Shown: in pieces, positions 29,027-39,656 of the stretch
Numbering within the stretch: position 1 is the stretch's first letter
Layout of the letters: each line of letters opens with the position of its first letter
Source of the DNA: Pseudomonadota bacterium
Lineage (GTDB): Bacteria; Bdellovibrionota; FAC87; UBA2466
Length of the DNA stretch: 64,000 nt
NCBI GenBank assembly: GCA_009927005.1
Contig: RFNV01000210.1
Coordinates: 5,725-69,724, forward strand
Direction: 5' to 3'
Notes under the pieces: generated by a model
Told to the model about the DNA's origin: nothing
The model's database searches: none
Seen by the model: only the letters and a program-made list of their open reading frames with translations
Translations under genes and position numbers: made by a program

Positions 29027-30108
29027 AACCAGATGTGTAGGCCTGGCATAAAGGTATAAATCTGAGATTGAGAATTAATAAAAGCACGGCTCTCTAGCTT
29101 CAGATAGACATCGGAAATAGGAAACATCACAGAGAAGCTCGGAACGACATAAAACTTTCTTCCCTGGATGTCATTGGATTGGTCCCAATCAAAAGTATGC
29201 CGAGTTGACAGGACAGCCCCTCCGACACCAAACATAAACCGAAAAGCTTCATCGCGATCTGAGAAAAGGTATTTCACAGAGCCAACTGCCAAGTTATAGG
29301 CTGAAATTTCTGCAGCCCCTTCAACGTAAAATTTCCCCGCTACATTTGCACCTAGTTCAAGCGAGACCAAACTCGAGTTCCAAAACTTACCACTGGTTCC
29401 ATTACTTAAAGCTGCTCCCCAATTGAAAGAGGCGTAGAAGTTTGAATTGGCTTCTCGGTTGATCATCTCAACGGTTTGGTAGCTGGCAATTACTCGTGGA
29501 ATCGGTGATTGCAGAACGGGAGGACTTCCATCGCGCGGAAGGTCATAAGTTTGATCACTGATATACCTAAAGAGAGCTCGGCGAAAAGCAATTCTTGTAT
29601 AGTGCTCTGCCATCTTCACATCTAGGTCTTCCTGATTTCCTTCTACAAAAGCTTCACTGTGAGCGTAGATTTGAAAGGGGCTTCTCTTGTCGTAAATGTA
29701 GACATCCACATTTGAGGGAAGAAAAACAGTCGAAACCAAAACATCCGCTTTCGTATCAGCGACTGCCAACCTCAACATATCTAAGGAAATGCCCTTTAAT
29801 TTATATGGGCTTCTACTGACAGAAATATCGGAGTCATAAGCTTGCAATATTTCTTCCACTGTATTTTTGACAAAGTCTTTGGAAATCAAATTTGTGTAAT
29901 CAACAGGAGTGACGACTTTAATATCTACCCAATCGTCCTCGCCTTTTCGAAGCTTGGTCAATAAAGTCGCTTTTGCTCTTTGTTGAAGGGCGTAGAGTTT
30001 TTCTCGAGAGGCCTCATCTGCAGAACTCAGCCCACTTTGAAAAGCCAATAAAGCTAGCCCTGAAGCAAGAAAGCGAGAAAAGAAATTTGTGTTTTTTGGG
30101 GTTCGCAT
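29023..30108 (-). CDS. hypothetical secreted or outer-membrane protein
   Basis: 361 aa. Signal peptide FLASGLALLAFQSGLSSA. C-terminus ...PGLHIWF ends in Phe, consistent with an outer-membrane beta-barrel. 3' end overlaps the convergent gene by 4 nt. Confidence 0.5.
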   Translation of the reverse strand: MRTPKNTNFFSRFLASGLALLAFQSGLSSADEASREKLYALQQRAKATLLTKLRKGEDDWVDIKVVTPVDYTNLISKDFVKNTVEEILQAYDSDISVSRSPYKLKGISLDMLRLAVADTKADVLVSTVFLPSNVDVYIYDKRSPFQIYAHSEAFVEGNQEDLDVKMAEHYTRIAFRRALFRYISDQTYDLPRDGSPPVLQSPIPRVIASYQTVEMINREANSNFYASFNWGAALSNGTSGKFWNSSLVSLELGANVAGKFYVEGAAEISAYNLAVGSVKYLFSDRDEAFRFMFGVGGAVLSTRHTFDWDQSNDIQGRKFYVVPSFSVMFPISDVYLKLESRAFINSQSQIYTFMPGLHIWF

Positions 30109-30207
30109 CTGTATTAACTCATCGGACTACCTTCTTTTTCACTTGATAACGTGTCGCTTCTCAAGCTGATAAGATTTATGCTACGCTTCCTCAGTGGGTA
30201 ATTCTCA

Positions 30208-30879
30208 ATGCTGATTTGGAACTTTTTTGATTTCTCCCAATGGTCACTGGCGAGTTTGGAAGCTGCATCGAGCCAGAAAGCCGAAAGCTCTTACTCCCAA
30301 CGCCAACGAACCTTTCTCGCCGGAAGAGTGGCTTTAAGACACCTTCTACAAAATCAGTACTTGAGTGAGGAAGTTGTCCCCAACGAAAAGTTTGGGTTTT
30401 TAGAACTCAAGAACTGTTTCGGGTCGATTGCCCACACCGACGAAGTATCGGTCTCAGTGATTTCCTCTTTCCCCGTCGGAATCGATATCGAGAACTGCAA
30501 AAGAAAAGTACAGCATGTCCTGCCTAAAATTGCTTCACAAGGGGAAATCGAAAAAGTGGATGCTTTCCAAAATGAGTTTGAAACGCACGTAGCAGATAAG
30601 GGGCTTTTTCTTTGGACTGCAAAGGAAGCTTACTCAAAAGCCTTGGGGCTTGGGCTCAGAAATGGGATCCAAGATTTAAAAGTCAAATTGACCGGACAGG
30701 CCCCTTACCGAGCAGAAACCCACCTGGAGACTCCGATGAAGTTGAAAGCACCCCTGCTTTCGTTTCATCTTGCGGGAACCTATCTGGTGAGTATTTGCTT
30801 TGAAGGACTCTTAGGTGAGGGTATTAGGCCCCCTCAACCATTTCTATTGCCGGCCCACCCGACTGAGAGCCAGGAGTAG
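30208..30879 (+). CDS. 4'-phosphopantetheinyl transferase (Sfp/EntD type)
   Basis: PPTase motifs GSIAHTDEVSVSV (SISHS-like), GIDIE and WTAKEAYSKALG (the W/F-x-x-KE-A/S-x-x-K motif) are present. Confidence 0.75.
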   Translation: MLIWNFFDFSQWSLASLEAASSQKAESSYSQRQRTFLAGRVALRHLLQNQYLSEEVVPNEKFGFLELKNCFGSIAHTDEVSVSVISSFPVGIDIENCKRKVQHVLPKIASQGEIEKVDAFQNEFETHVADKGLFLWTAKEAYSKALGLGLRNGIQDLKVKLTGQAPYRAETHLETPMKLKAPLLSFHLAGTYLVSICFEGLLGEGIRPPQPFLLPAHPTESQE

Positions 30880-31276
30880 AGTCGGGAGTAAACGCTGGCT
30901 TTGTTACTGGCCATTTTTTACTGATTTCGATGAGGGCAAAAAGCGCCACTGCAAATCCAAAAATAGAATTGAACGCAATGAGGATTCGACCAAATTCTGT
31001 GATGTCAGTAAATTGAACGGGGGCGTTCCAAAGCAACCCTGTGCTCGTGGTTGCAGTCCAACCACCCCAAACTAAGCGAAGGCCTAAAAACAAAGGTCTT
31101 TTACTGAAGCTAAAAAGCAAAAGACAGAAGGGAACGGCGAAGAGTTCCGCTGTTTGTTGGTAAAACTTCAACCAGCTTTGCGGGTTCTCTTGGAGAATTC
31201 CAAAAAAGTTGGGACTAACTACAAAGATTCCCACCGCTAGGGCTAATTGGAACAAAAGAAGGATGGCAGATTTCAT
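30824..31276 (-). CDS. hypothetical integral membrane protein
   Basis: 150 aa with about four hydrophobic helices. Its 3' end overlaps the convergent PPTase gene by 56 nt, so the real boundaries are uncertain. Confidence 0.4.
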   Translation of the reverse strand: MKSAILLLFQLALAVGIFVVSPNFFGILQENPQSWLKFYQQTAELFAVPFCLLLFSFSKRPLFLGLRLVWGGWTATTSTGLLWNAPVQFTDITEFGRILIAFNSIFGFAVALFALIEISKKWPVTKPAFTPDSTPGSQSGGPAIEMVEGA

Positions 31277-31519
31277 AGCGCTCCTAACGCATCGCGTTTA
31301 TCGGATTTGCCGTTGTCCTTTCCTTATCGGGCCACTTGAATCGGATATTTACTCTCTTCCCGAGCGATGTTAATTATTTCCCCTTACCTGTGAGTCACCA
31401 AAGGTTTCCAAAATCTCTGGATAGGCGTGGAGCAGGTTAGCAAAAAGGGTCTCGGCAATAGTTTTTTCGGATGACTGAACCCCTTCTAGCTAATTAATTT
31501 TATTAAAGAAATCTGATTC

Positions 31520-33826
31520 ATGAGCAAACAAATCTTAGTTAATTCAAACCATTATGAGACCCGTGTTGCCCTGCTAGAAGACGGGGAAATCAAACAACTC
31601 CATATCGAACGAGAAGAGGATAAAAACGTCGTTGGAAATGTCTATTTAGGGGTAGTCAAACGAGTCCTTCCGGGGATGCAAGCTGCCTTTTTGGAATTGG
31701 GGCTTGAGAGAACAGCTTTCCTTTATGTGGATGACATTATCGATGAGCCCTTTGGCAGCGATGTCGATGTTCTCGATGAAGAGGAGTCTGAAGAATCAGA
31801 CGAAAGATATTCCGAATCAGAATCCAGAGAGCCTTCTGAAGGGTCAGCCACAGATTCTGAATCCGCTGGTGAAGAATCGGAAGCTTTGGTCATTGAAGAA
31901 GACACCACTAACGCCCCGATTTTTGTAGCTCCTTCCCTCACCTCACCGGAGGGCCAAGAAGAGGAAGAAGAGAGTGCCGATGAAGACGGAGGTGAAGATG
32001 GCGAAGAAGAGTTTGAAGAGCCGCTTTCCATTCCTGATAACGAGCCTGACTTTGAATTAACAGATGTCGAAACTGAATCTCCAGAGCCAGAGCCTATCGC
32101 AGCTAAAGCACCAGAAGCTCCTATAGAAACTTCTGCTGCTGGGCCAGCTCCTGCGTTTGAACCAATGCCCGAGGAGATTCGCCAAAAAGAACTCCTGACC
32201 GATCAGGTTACTGAAGAAGATGAAGGTCCCCAACCGGGAAACGAAAAGCCGGCTTCTGAACGCTCGGACTTTCAACGCGACCGTTACCATCAAGGCCGAA
32301 GGCGAGATTCTCGTGAACCCCGTCGGGGCCGTGGAAACTACCGAGGCTCCAGAGAGGGACGAGATCAAGACAGAAATGAATCCCGTCGCCACGCTCAAGG
32401 TGACAGTCGAGACTTTCGAGATCGCGATACCCGCAGCCGAGACAATCGGGATAACCGTGATACTCGAGACAATCGCGATAGAAACCGAGACAATCGCGAG
32501 GGAGGACGAGGTCCTCGACGAGGACGCTATGAAGCCAGAGAAGGTCGTTCGGCCCGCCAACGGCCTCGCTATGGAAATCGCAACAATCGAAGACGAGGCT
32601 TTAGCCGACGAAGAAGAAGCTCTGCCAATATTCAGGACCTCTTAAAAGAAGGTCAGGAAATTTTAGTTCAAGTCGCAAAAGCGCCTATTGGAACCAAAGG
32701 AGCTCGTTTAACGACTCATATTTCTTTGCCCGGAAGAAATCTGGTTCTCATGCCGACCGTGAAACACTTAGGAATTTCACGAAGAATCGAAAGCGATCGC
32801 GAAAGACGCCGCTTAAGAGACATTTTCACCAAGCGCTTACGAGTAAAGGGCGTTGGGTTCATCATTCGAACGGTGGCAGAAGGAAAAACTTTCCGAGAAC
32901 TCAAAGCCGATGCAGATTACCTCATTCGCACTTGGCAGCAGATCAAACGTGACTCCTCTCAAAAGAGAGCTCCCGCTTTGATCCACGAAGATCTGTCTCT
33001 CACTTATAGAACGGTTCGAGATTACTTTACTGAAGATGTGGATTCTTTAGTCATCGACAATCCGTCAGATCACGATGGCATTCAGGATTTCATTGGACAG
33101 TTCATGCCCCAACTTAAAAGTCGGGTAAAACTGTTCAAAGGACCATCCCAGCTATTTGAGCATTATGGAATTGAAGCTGAAATTTCTAGAGCTCTCAGTA
33201 AAAAAGTTTGGTTGAAGTCAGGTGGCTATCTCTTGATCGACCAATCGGAAGCGCTCACTGCGATTGACGTCAACACCGGAAGATATGTTGGTTCCAAGAG
33301 TCTTGAAGAAACGATTCTTCGTACCAACTTAGAAGCCGTAAAAGAAATTGCTTACCAGCTCAGAATCCGAAATGTGGGTGGGATCATCATTATCGACTTG
33401 ATCGATATGGAGTCTTCTTCAAATCGGGAAAAAGTCTTCAATGCCCTCCAAGATGCACTCTCTGGGGACAAGTCCAAAACGAATATCTTAAAAATTTCGG
33501 AATTGGGTCTTGTGGAAATGACTCGAAAGAGAACCCATGAAGACTTGATTCGATACCTCACAGAGAGCTGCCCACACTGCGATGGTCGGGGCTACACAAA
33601 AAGCAGAAGAACAGTGGCTTTTGAAATTTTCCGAGAAATCGAAAAGGAAGCTATTTCTCAAACTCAGAACATTGTGGTCTTTGCTGCACCGGGGGTCGTC
33701 AGCCTTCTTGCAAAAGAAGAAAGCCGACATGTGGGGCTTTTAGAGAAACGGTTTGGAAAAACCATTCTCATCAAGCCCGACAACTCCTTTCATACGGAGC
33801 AATTTGAGGTTTTTGGGAAGCATTGA
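31520..33826 (+). CDS. rne: RNase E/G-family endoribonuclease with large disordered insertion
   Basis: The S1 domain is split: VYLGVVKRVLPGMQAAFLELG... is followed by a ~290-aa acidic then Arg-rich segment, then ANIQDLLKEGQEILVQVAKAPIGTKGARLTTHISLPGRNLVLMP. The DNase-I-like region LIDQSEALTAIDVNTGRY and the Zn-link CPHCDGRGY are present. The core is about RNase G size. Confidence 0.85.
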   Translation: MSKQILVNSNHYETRVALLEDGEIKQLHIEREEDKNVVGNVYLGVVKRVLPGMQAAFLELGLERTAFLYVDDIIDEPFGSDVDVLDEEESEESDERYSESESREPSEGSATDSESAGEESEALVIEEDTTNAPIFVAPSLTSPEGQEEEEESADEDGGEDGEEEFEEPLSIPDNEPDFELTDVETESPEPEPIAAKAPEAPIETSAAGPAPAFEPMPEEIRQKELLTDQVTEEDEGPQPGNEKPASERSDFQRDRYHQGRRRDSREPRRGRGNYRGSREGRDQDRNESRRHAQGDSRDFRDRDTRSRDNRDNRDTRDNRDRNRDNREGGRGPRRGRYEAREGRSARQRPRYGNRNNRRRGFSRRRRSSANIQDLLKEGQEILVQVAKAPIGTKGARLTTHISLPGRNLVLMPTVKHLGISRRIESDRERRRLRDIFTKRLRVKGVGFIIRTVAEGKTFRELKADADYLIRTWQQIKRDSSQKRAPALIHEDLSLTYRTVRDYFTEDVDSLVIDNPSDHDGIQDFIGQFMPQLKSRVKLFKGPSQLFEHYGIEAEISRALSKKVWLKSGGYLLIDQSEALTAIDVNTGRYVGSKSLEETILRTNLEAVKEIAYQLRIRNVGGIIIIDLIDMESSSNREKVFNALQDALSGDKSKTNILKISELGLVEMTRKRTHEDLIRYLTESCPHCDGRGYTKSRRTVAFEIFREIEKEAISQTQNIVVFAAPGVVSLLAKEESRHVGLLEKRFGKTILIKPDNSFHTEQFEVFGKH
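32395..32525 (+). repeat. in-frame tandem codon repeats (RDN/RDT/RNR units) inside the rne insertion
   Basis: Nucleotide unit cgagacaatcg(c/g)ga recurs at ~24-nt spacing. It encodes RDNRDNRDTRDNRDRNRDNRE. Confidence 0.5.
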
Positions 33827-33918
33827 TTATAGACTAAGTAATTGATTTTACTAAACTAGAGTCCACCCCTCTTCCCTTGCTACCCGATTTGTGGTAGACA
33901 CGTCGCATCAAATTTGAG

Positions 33919-34437
33919 GTGTTCGATATGCGTTTTCTCTTATCTTTCGTTTGTTTCGTTTTAGTCGCTTCTTTTTCCAAAGCAGAAACTCACAAGTACT
34001 CAGTGGAAGAATTTCTCCATGTTACTTTTGAAGGAAGAGATGCAGTTACTGTCTATGACTCACTGGATCTTCCCACACAACAGCTCAGCGAAGGAAAAGG
34101 CAAAAATTTCAGAACAAACGATGGCAGTATCGAGCTCTCATGCTTCAACAGACATTACAACGCTAACGAGCCTTACGCTTGCCACTTCATTTTCGACTTT
34201 AGAGGTCTTTCCAATCAAGTTGTTCAGAAATCAGAAGCTAAAGGGGTTCGCTTAGTTCTCACGAATCCAGAGACTGCCACTCGACTGAATAAAGCTCTTT
34301 TGGTTCCCGTTGCAGTTTACAAAAGTAAGCTGATTAAAACCCTTGAGATAGACAACGGTGAAGTCGTAATCACTTGTAAAGAAGATCAGTTAAGACCCGG
34401 CCAAGCTCCCGAGTGCAGTGTTTTTATAAAACTCTAA
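33919..34437 (+). CDS. hypothetical secreted protein
   Basis: 172 aa. Signal peptide FLLSFVCFVLVASFSKA. Six Cys residues. No family recognised. Confidence 0.5.
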   Translation: MFDMRFLLSFVCFVLVASFSKAETHKYSVEEFLHVTFEGRDAVTVYDSLDLPTQQLSEGKGKNFRTNDGSIELSCFNRHYNANEPYACHFIFDFRGLSNQVVQKSEAKGVRLVLTNPETATRLNKALLVPVAVYKSKLIKTLEIDNGEVVITCKEDQLRPGQAPECSVFIKL

Positions 34438-35787
34438 TTAATGAGTTGGATACTCACCTGAGAAACACGCGTGGCAGAATCCCGGTTGGGATTTAGTGGC
34501 GCACACCTGCAATAAGCCGTCCAAGCTTAAGTAGCCTAGCGAATCGGCGCCGATAAAATTTCGAATTTGCTCCACACTGTTTCTGGAAGCGAGCAGTTCC
34601 TTCTGAGTAGGTGTGTCTATCCCATAAAAACAGGGATGCATCGTCGGTGGTGCCGAAATTCTCAAATGCACTTCAGTGGCGCCCGCATCTCTCAGGTGTT
34701 GAATCAGTTTCTTAGAAGTTGTTCCTCGCACCAAACTGTCATCCACTACGACGATTTTCTTTCCGTTGAGAAATCCACTTAACGGATTGAGCTTCAATTT
34801 CACCCCAAAATCGCGAATGGATTGGCTTGGCTCAATAAACGTCCGGCCCATATAGTGACTGCGGATAATTCCCATCTCAAAGGGGATTTTAGATTCCTCG
34901 CTAAACCCAATCGCTGCGTACACCCCCGAGTCAGGAACCGGAATGACCATGTCCGCTTGGGGGATCGGATGCTCTAGGGCCAAGCGCTTTCCCAACGCTT
35001 TTCGAGTTTCGTAGACACCTGCCCCATAGACAATGCTATCAGGCCTTGAAAAATAGATTTGTTCAAAAACACATTTCTTTTGAGCGATTTCATGAAAGGG
35101 ATAAAAAGAACGAGTTGCTTCTTTCCCTTTGAGATCCACAATCACCATTTCTCCAGGCGCTACTTCTCGCTCATACGTCGCGCCAATCAGATCAAAAGCC
35201 GTTGTCTCACTTGCGAACACAGTACTTTCTTGAAATCGCCCCATCACCAAAGGACGAAATCCGTGAGGATCTCTTACTGCGATCAAAGTGTCTTGGTTCA
35301 TCACGAGAAGCGAGTAGGCCCCTTCCACTTGTGCTAAAGCTGCAGTCAAAGCTTTGATGAGATCAGGTTCTCCAGTGCGTGCAATTAAGTGAACGATCAC
35401 TTCAGTATCCGAAGTGCTTTGGAAAATAGAACCCATTTTTTCAAGACGTGAAGTTAAGGAAGTGGCGTTGGTTAAATTTCCATTGTGGGCAACAGTCACC
35501 CATCCCGAGGCTGTACGGACCAGAAAGGGTTGAAGATTTTCGTCTTTGTCTCCCCCAGAAGTAGAGTACCTCGTGTGGCCGATTGCCTGATGTCCCGGAA
35601 GTCGAACTAATTCTTCCGTCGAAAAAATATCACCGACTAACCCTCGTTTTTTAAATGCATAGGGGGTTTCCTCATGACTCGATACAATTCCAGCTCCCTC
35701 TTGTCCCCGATGCTGAAGCGCATGAAGGCCGAGGTAAGTCACGTTAGAGGCTTCGGGATGTCTTGCAATGCCAAAAATAGCACACAT
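34438..35787 (-). CDS. purF: amidophosphoribosyltransferase PurF
   Basis: Start set at MCAIFGI, the N-terminal nucleophile Cys, with ATG 35785-35787 sharing one nucleotide with the purL stop. GATase type II domain plus PRTase domain (VVDDSLVRGTTS). Confidence 0.9.
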   Translation of the reverse strand: MCAIFGIARHPEASNVTYLGLHALQHRGQEGAGIVSSHEETPYAFKKRGLVGDIFSTEELVRLPGHQAIGHTRYSTSGGDKDENLQPFLVRTASGWVTVAHNGNLTNATSLTSRLEKMGSIFQSTSDTEVIVHLIARTGEPDLIKALTAALAQVEGAYSLLVMNQDTLIAVRDPHGFRPLVMGRFQESTVFASETTAFDLIGATYEREVAPGEMVIVDLKGKEATRSFYPFHEIAQKKCVFEQIYFSRPDSIVYGAGVYETRKALGKRLALEHPIPQADMVIPVPDSGVYAAIGFSEESKIPFEMGIIRSHYMGRTFIEPSQSIRDFGVKLKLNPLSGFLNGKKIVVVDDSLVRGTTSKKLIQHLRDAGATEVHLRISAPPTMHPCFYGIDTPTQKELLASRNSVEQIRNFIGADSLGYLSLDGLLQVCATKSQPGFCHACFSGEYPTH

Positions 35788-38024
35788 TAGAAAAGCCCTC
35801 TCAAGCGTTGATCCCATTTTGTTTTAAGTTGCGCCAGATCTCTTTGCAATACCTTCGCCCCGCCCTGCTTTACCACCAGTTGTCCCTGATCATTGACGCT
35901 TCCAAGAGCGGTAAATTTGACTCCGGCTTGATTCGCAAGCATTTCCACTTCTGTACTCTCAGTAGGATCATAAGCCACCAAAAGCCGGGGGACTGTTTCC
36001 CCAAACAAGAAGGCATCGGCATCCAGTTCTCTGGGAATAGAGATCTCAATTCCCAACCCATTCAAACGGGAGAAAAAGGCCATTTCCAAAGCAGCTAATA
36101 AAAGTCCACCGTCAGAAATGTCATGGATTGCATAGTCAAATTTCTTGGTTTTTATTTTTGAAAGAAAATTAAGCGCTCTCACCAATGACTTGAGATCCGT
36201 TTCCTCTGGCTGGCCACAGTCTCTTTGGAACCATTGGCTAGCAAGAAGACTTCCGCCAATCCCCCCTTCGGGTACACCGATCAAGGCGAGATCTAACGAC
36301 GAGCTATGAAATGAGGAAGGCCTGACTTTTTCTTTCCCTTCTGAAAGTCCCACCATTCCAATCATCGGTGTCGGATAAATGGGCTTTCCGTCAGTTTCAT
36401 TATACAGACTGACATTTCCAGAAATAACGGGAATCCCTAACGCTTCACAAGCAAGGGATATCCCCTCGACTGTCTCAGAGAACTGCCAAACAGTCTCAGG
36501 ATTTTCGGGGCTGGCAAAGTTCAGGCAATCGGTCAGACCAATACTCTGAGTTCCTTTGAGAGCTAAATTAATAGCTGATTCTGCCACGGCTCGTCTTCCG
36601 CCTTCTAAAGGCCAGAGCCAGGAGACTCTCGGATTTCCATCTACTGTCAGAGCGAGTCGTACATTTTTTCCTGGAATTTCACGAACTCTCAATACCGCTG
36701 CATCCTCAAGAGAGTCTCCCTCCGTTCGATTTCCCACCATCGAATCGTATTGCTGGATGAGGGGTTCAGGATTCGCAAAACTGGCCGCTTCAAAGACACT
36801 CTCAAACTTTTTTTCCAATGATCCAAGGAGCAACTTGTTTCGGTCAATAAACCACCTTTGTTTTAAATCACTGGGAGCCATGAGGGGTCTCTCAATTTTC
36901 GGGGGATCAGTCACTAGCTCCACGGGTAAATCCACAACGATTTCTCCGTTTTTCTCCATCAGCACGCGATCGCCCGAAATCACTTCGCCAATGACTTCTG
37001 CATGCAAATCCCACTTTTCATAAACTTGCTTTAACCGCTCTAAGTTTTTCGGCTCGCAGACTAAAAGCATTCGCTCTTGAGATTCCGAAAGTAAGAGTTC
37101 ATAAGCGGACATCTCAGTTTCTCGAGTCGGAACTTTGTCTAAGTCCAGTGATAAGCCAGTCCCAGCTCGATGAGCCATTTCGAAACTAGACGAAGTAAGG
37201 CCAGCAGCTCCCATGTCTTGAATTCCAACCATCAACTTTTCAGCCATAGCTTCCAGAGTGGCTTCTAAGAGCAGTTTCTCTGTGAAGGGATCGCCTACTT
37301 GAACGGTCGGTCGATTAAGTTCTTCTTCACTTGAAAATTCTTTTGAGGACATCGTAGCCCCATGAACGCCATCTCTCCCCGTTTTTGCCCCGACATAAAC
37401 GACGATGTTTCCAACCCCCGAAGCATTTCCTCGGTAGATATCGGTTGTTTTTACAATCCCTAAGGCAAAGGCATTTACGAGGGGATTTAAATTGTAACAA
37501 CTATGGAAAAGAGTCTGGCCAGCAACCGTGGGAACCCCTACTGCATTGCCATAATCCCCGATGCCCTTGACGACCCCCCTGACCAGTGACGGTGTTTTGG
37601 AATTTTTTGGGTCTCCAAAACACAGACTGTCCATAAGCGCAATGGGACGAGCCCCCATCGTAAAAATATCTCTTAAGATTCCGCCAACTCCGGTTGCGGC
37701 CCCTTGATAAGGCTCGATGAAAGAGGGGTGATTGTGGCTTTCCATCTTAAAAGCAACTGCATACCCATGGCCAATATCGACGATTCCGGCGTTCTCCCCA
37801 GGCCCTTGCAGAACTCGTTTTCCTTGAGTGGGAAACCTCTTCAAGTACTTTCGGCTCGATTTATAACTGCAATGCTCACTATACATGCTTGAGAAAATGC
37901 CAAGCTCAGCAACGTTTGGCTTTCTCCCTAGCTTTAAACAAATGAAGTCATACTCTTCACGACTTAAACCAAGTTCTTTGGCGAGTTCTAGAGTCGAAGT
38001 AACCGTGTCTGAAATCCACTTCAT
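35787..38024 (-). CDS. purL: phosphoribosylformylglycinamidine synthase subunit PurL
   Basis: ~745 aa with AIR-synthase-related domains. Start chosen at MKWISDTV, matching the usual PurL N-terminus, with ATG 38022-38024 forming an ATGA overlap with the purQ stop. The ORF-track start at 38060 is probably 12 codons too long. Confidence 0.9.
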   Translation of the reverse strand: MKWISDTVTSTLELAKELGLSREEYDFICLKLGRKPNVAELGIFSSMYSEHCSYKSSRKYLKRFPTQGKRVLQGPGENAGIVDIGHGYAVAFKMESHNHPSFIEPYQGAATGVGGILRDIFTMGARPIALMDSLCFGDPKNSKTPSLVRGVVKGIGDYGNAVGVPTVAGQTLFHSCYNLNPLVNAFALGIVKTTDIYRGNASGVGNIVVYVGAKTGRDGVHGATMSSKEFSSEEELNRPTVQVGDPFTEKLLLEATLEAMAEKLMVGIQDMGAAGLTSSSFEMAHRAGTGLSLDLDKVPTRETEMSAYELLLSESQERMLLVCEPKNLERLKQVYEKWDLHAEVIGEVISGDRVLMEKNGEIVVDLPVELVTDPPKIERPLMAPSDLKQRWFIDRNKLLLGSLEKKFESVFEAASFANPEPLIQQYDSMVGNRTEGDSLEDAAVLRVREIPGKNVRLALTVDGNPRVSWLWPLEGGRRAVAESAINLALKGTQSIGLTDCLNFASPENPETVWQFSETVEGISLACEALGIPVISGNVSLYNETDGKPIYPTPMIGMVGLSEGKEKVRPSSFHSSSLDLALIGVPEGGIGGSLLASQWFQRDCGQPEETDLKSLVRALNFLSKIKTKKFDYAIHDISDGGLLLAALEMAFFSRLNGLGIEISIPRELDADAFLFGETVPRLLVAYDPTESTEVEMLANQAGVKFTALGSVNDQGQLVVKQGGAKVLQRDLAQLKTKWDQRLRGLF

Positions 38025-38686
38025 GCATTTCCTCGAATCTGATGAAGAATTGCATTCCATATTTTCATTCCATCACGGCTCTTCAAATCGCTAGCTCGTT
38101 CTGGGTGAGGCATCATCCCACATACATTTTTTTCTTTATTCGTAATGCCTGCAATTTTCTCAAAACTGCCATTGACCTCTTCGACATAGCGTAAAACAAT
38201 TTGGCCATGCTTTTTCATTTCAGAAAAAGTAGTCGGATCGACTACATACCTTCCTTCACCATGGGCAATCGGAAGCTTGAGTTCTGTCCCAGAGGCCAGG
38301 GGTGCTGTCCAAGGACTGGGATCGGCTACTTCCAAAGTTACTTCTTTGCAGATAAATCCTAGTCTCTGATTTTTTACGAGTGCTCCGGGGAGAAGTCCTG
38401 ATTCACATAGGATTTGAAATCCATTGCAAATCCCCAGCACTTTGCCCCCACGATTCGCATACTCTTTCACTGAAGCCATAATCGGAGAGATAGCAGCTAT
38501 AGCACCAGTGCGAAGATAATCTCCATAGGAAAATCCTCCCGGCAAAACCACGAGATCTAGCTCGCCAAGCGAAGCGGTGTCCTTATGCCAGAGTCTAGCG
38601 ACTGTGACTCCCTCACATTGTCCAAGCGAAAAGGAACAATCCTCATCGCAATTAGAACCCGGGAATGTGATGACCCCTGCTCTCAT
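38021..38686 (-). CDS. purQ: phosphoribosylformylglycinamidine synthase glutaminase subunit PurQ
   Basis: 221 aa class I glutamine amidotransferase. The catalytic Cys is in GICNGFQIL and the C-terminal HPER motif is present. Confidence 0.9.
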   Translation of the reverse strand: MRAGVITFPGSNCDEDCSFSLGQCEGVTVARLWHKDTASLGELDLVVLPGGFSYGDYLRTGAIAAISPIMASVKEYANRGGKVLGICNGFQILCESGLLPGALVKNQRLGFICKEVTLEVADPSPWTAPLASGTELKLPIAHGEGRYVVDPTTFSEMKKHGQIVLRYVEEVNGSFEKIAGITNKEKNVCGMMPHPERASDLKSRDGMKIWNAILHQIRGNA

Positions 38687-38928
38687 GCCTCAATCGACTC
38701 CAATCGATACGATTCAATCACTGGGTTTACTAAAAGCTTTTCGCACATTTTTCCAATTTCAGTTCGAGCATCTTCAATTCGTTTTGCTTCGAGCGTGACG
38801 TCGATTACCTTTCCAATGCGAACGTCTTTTACAGATTTAAATCCAAGACGCTGCAATGATGCTGCGACCGTGTTTCCCTGAGGATCAAACACAGAGTCTT
38901 TGTAAAAAATATGAATTCTTGCTTTCAT
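38683..38928 (-). CDS. purS: PurS
   Basis: 81 aa. MKARIHIFYKDSVFDPQGNTV... is typical of PurS. Sits between purC and purQ. Confidence 0.85.
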   Translation of the reverse strand: MKARIHIFYKDSVFDPQGNTVAASLQRLGFKSVKDVRIGKVIDVTLEAKRIEDARTEIGKMCEKLLVNPVIESYRLESIEA

Positions 38929-39656
38929 AGGGCCCTCGAAAAATACTGAGTCAAACGGTGCGAGACTTCTTGATAAGCTTCATCCACTTTTCCCATATCA
39001 TGACGAAACCTATCTTTGTCCATCGATTCTCCGGTTGTTTTATCCCAAAGCCTGCAACCATCGAGTGTGATTTCGTCTGCGAGAAGCACGACACCCTCAC
39101 TGGTTTTTCCAAACTCTAACTTGAAATCAATGAGCTCAAGACCAATTGACTCAAAGACGGGTTTTAATAGCTGATTCACTTTGAGTGCCGCGGTTTTCAT
39201 TTGCTGGAGTTCAGCTGGGGTCGCCCATCCAAAATGAAAGATATGTTCTTCGGAGATAAGCGGATCCCCCAAACCGTCGTTCTTGAAAAAAGTTTCAACC
39301 AAGGGGGAGGAAAAGGGTTTTCCCTTCTCTAAGCCTAAGCGTTTGCAAATACTGCCAGCAGCTCGATTCCTAACCACTATCTCCACTGGAATAATCGAGA
39401 GCTTTTTAACGAGCATTTCTCGTTCGGATAATTTTTTTACAAAATGAGAAGGAATTTGGTTTTTTTCGAGGAATTCAAAGATCTGGGTACTTGTTAAGTT
39501 ATTGAGAAGGCCCTTGTTTACAATCGTGCCTTTTTTCTGAGCATTAAAAGCAGTTGCGTCGTCTTTAAAATACTGAATAACTAATTCAGGCTGATTCGTC
39601 TCAAAGATTGTTTTTGATTTGCCGTCGTAGAGTGGGGATTTTCGTTCAATTATCAT
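38925..39656 (-). CDS. purC: SAICAR synthetase PurC
   Basis: 243 aa. N-terminal LYDGKSKTIFE and overall pattern match PurC. Confidence 0.9.
   Translation of the reverse strand: MIIERKSPLYDGKSKTIFETNQPELVIQYFKDDATAFNAQKKGTIVNKGLLNNLTSTQIFEFLEKNQIPSHFVKKLSEREMLVKKLSIIPVEIVVRNRAAGSICKRLGLEKGKPFSSPLVETFFKNDGLGDPLISEEHIFHFGWATPAELQQMKTAALKVNQLLKPVFESIGLELIDFKLEFGKTSEGVVLLADEITLDGCRLWDKTTGESMDKDRFRHDMGKVDEAYQEVSHRLTQYFSRAL

Noticed and set aside
31723-32560. Antisense ORFs (102 and 167 aa) and an alternative-frame ORF (32220-32645) inside the rne low-complexity insertion
   Set aside because: They are artefacts of repetitive GA-rich and CG-rich codon runs; their translations are low-complexity Ser/Ile/Val repeats lying opposite a well-supported RNase E/G frame.
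38025-38060. Longer purL start at 38060 ([12 protein letters not shown]...)
   Set aside because: The internal Met at 38024 forms an ATGA overlap with the purQ stop and matches the usual PurL N-terminus; the extra 12 residues are not conserved-looking.
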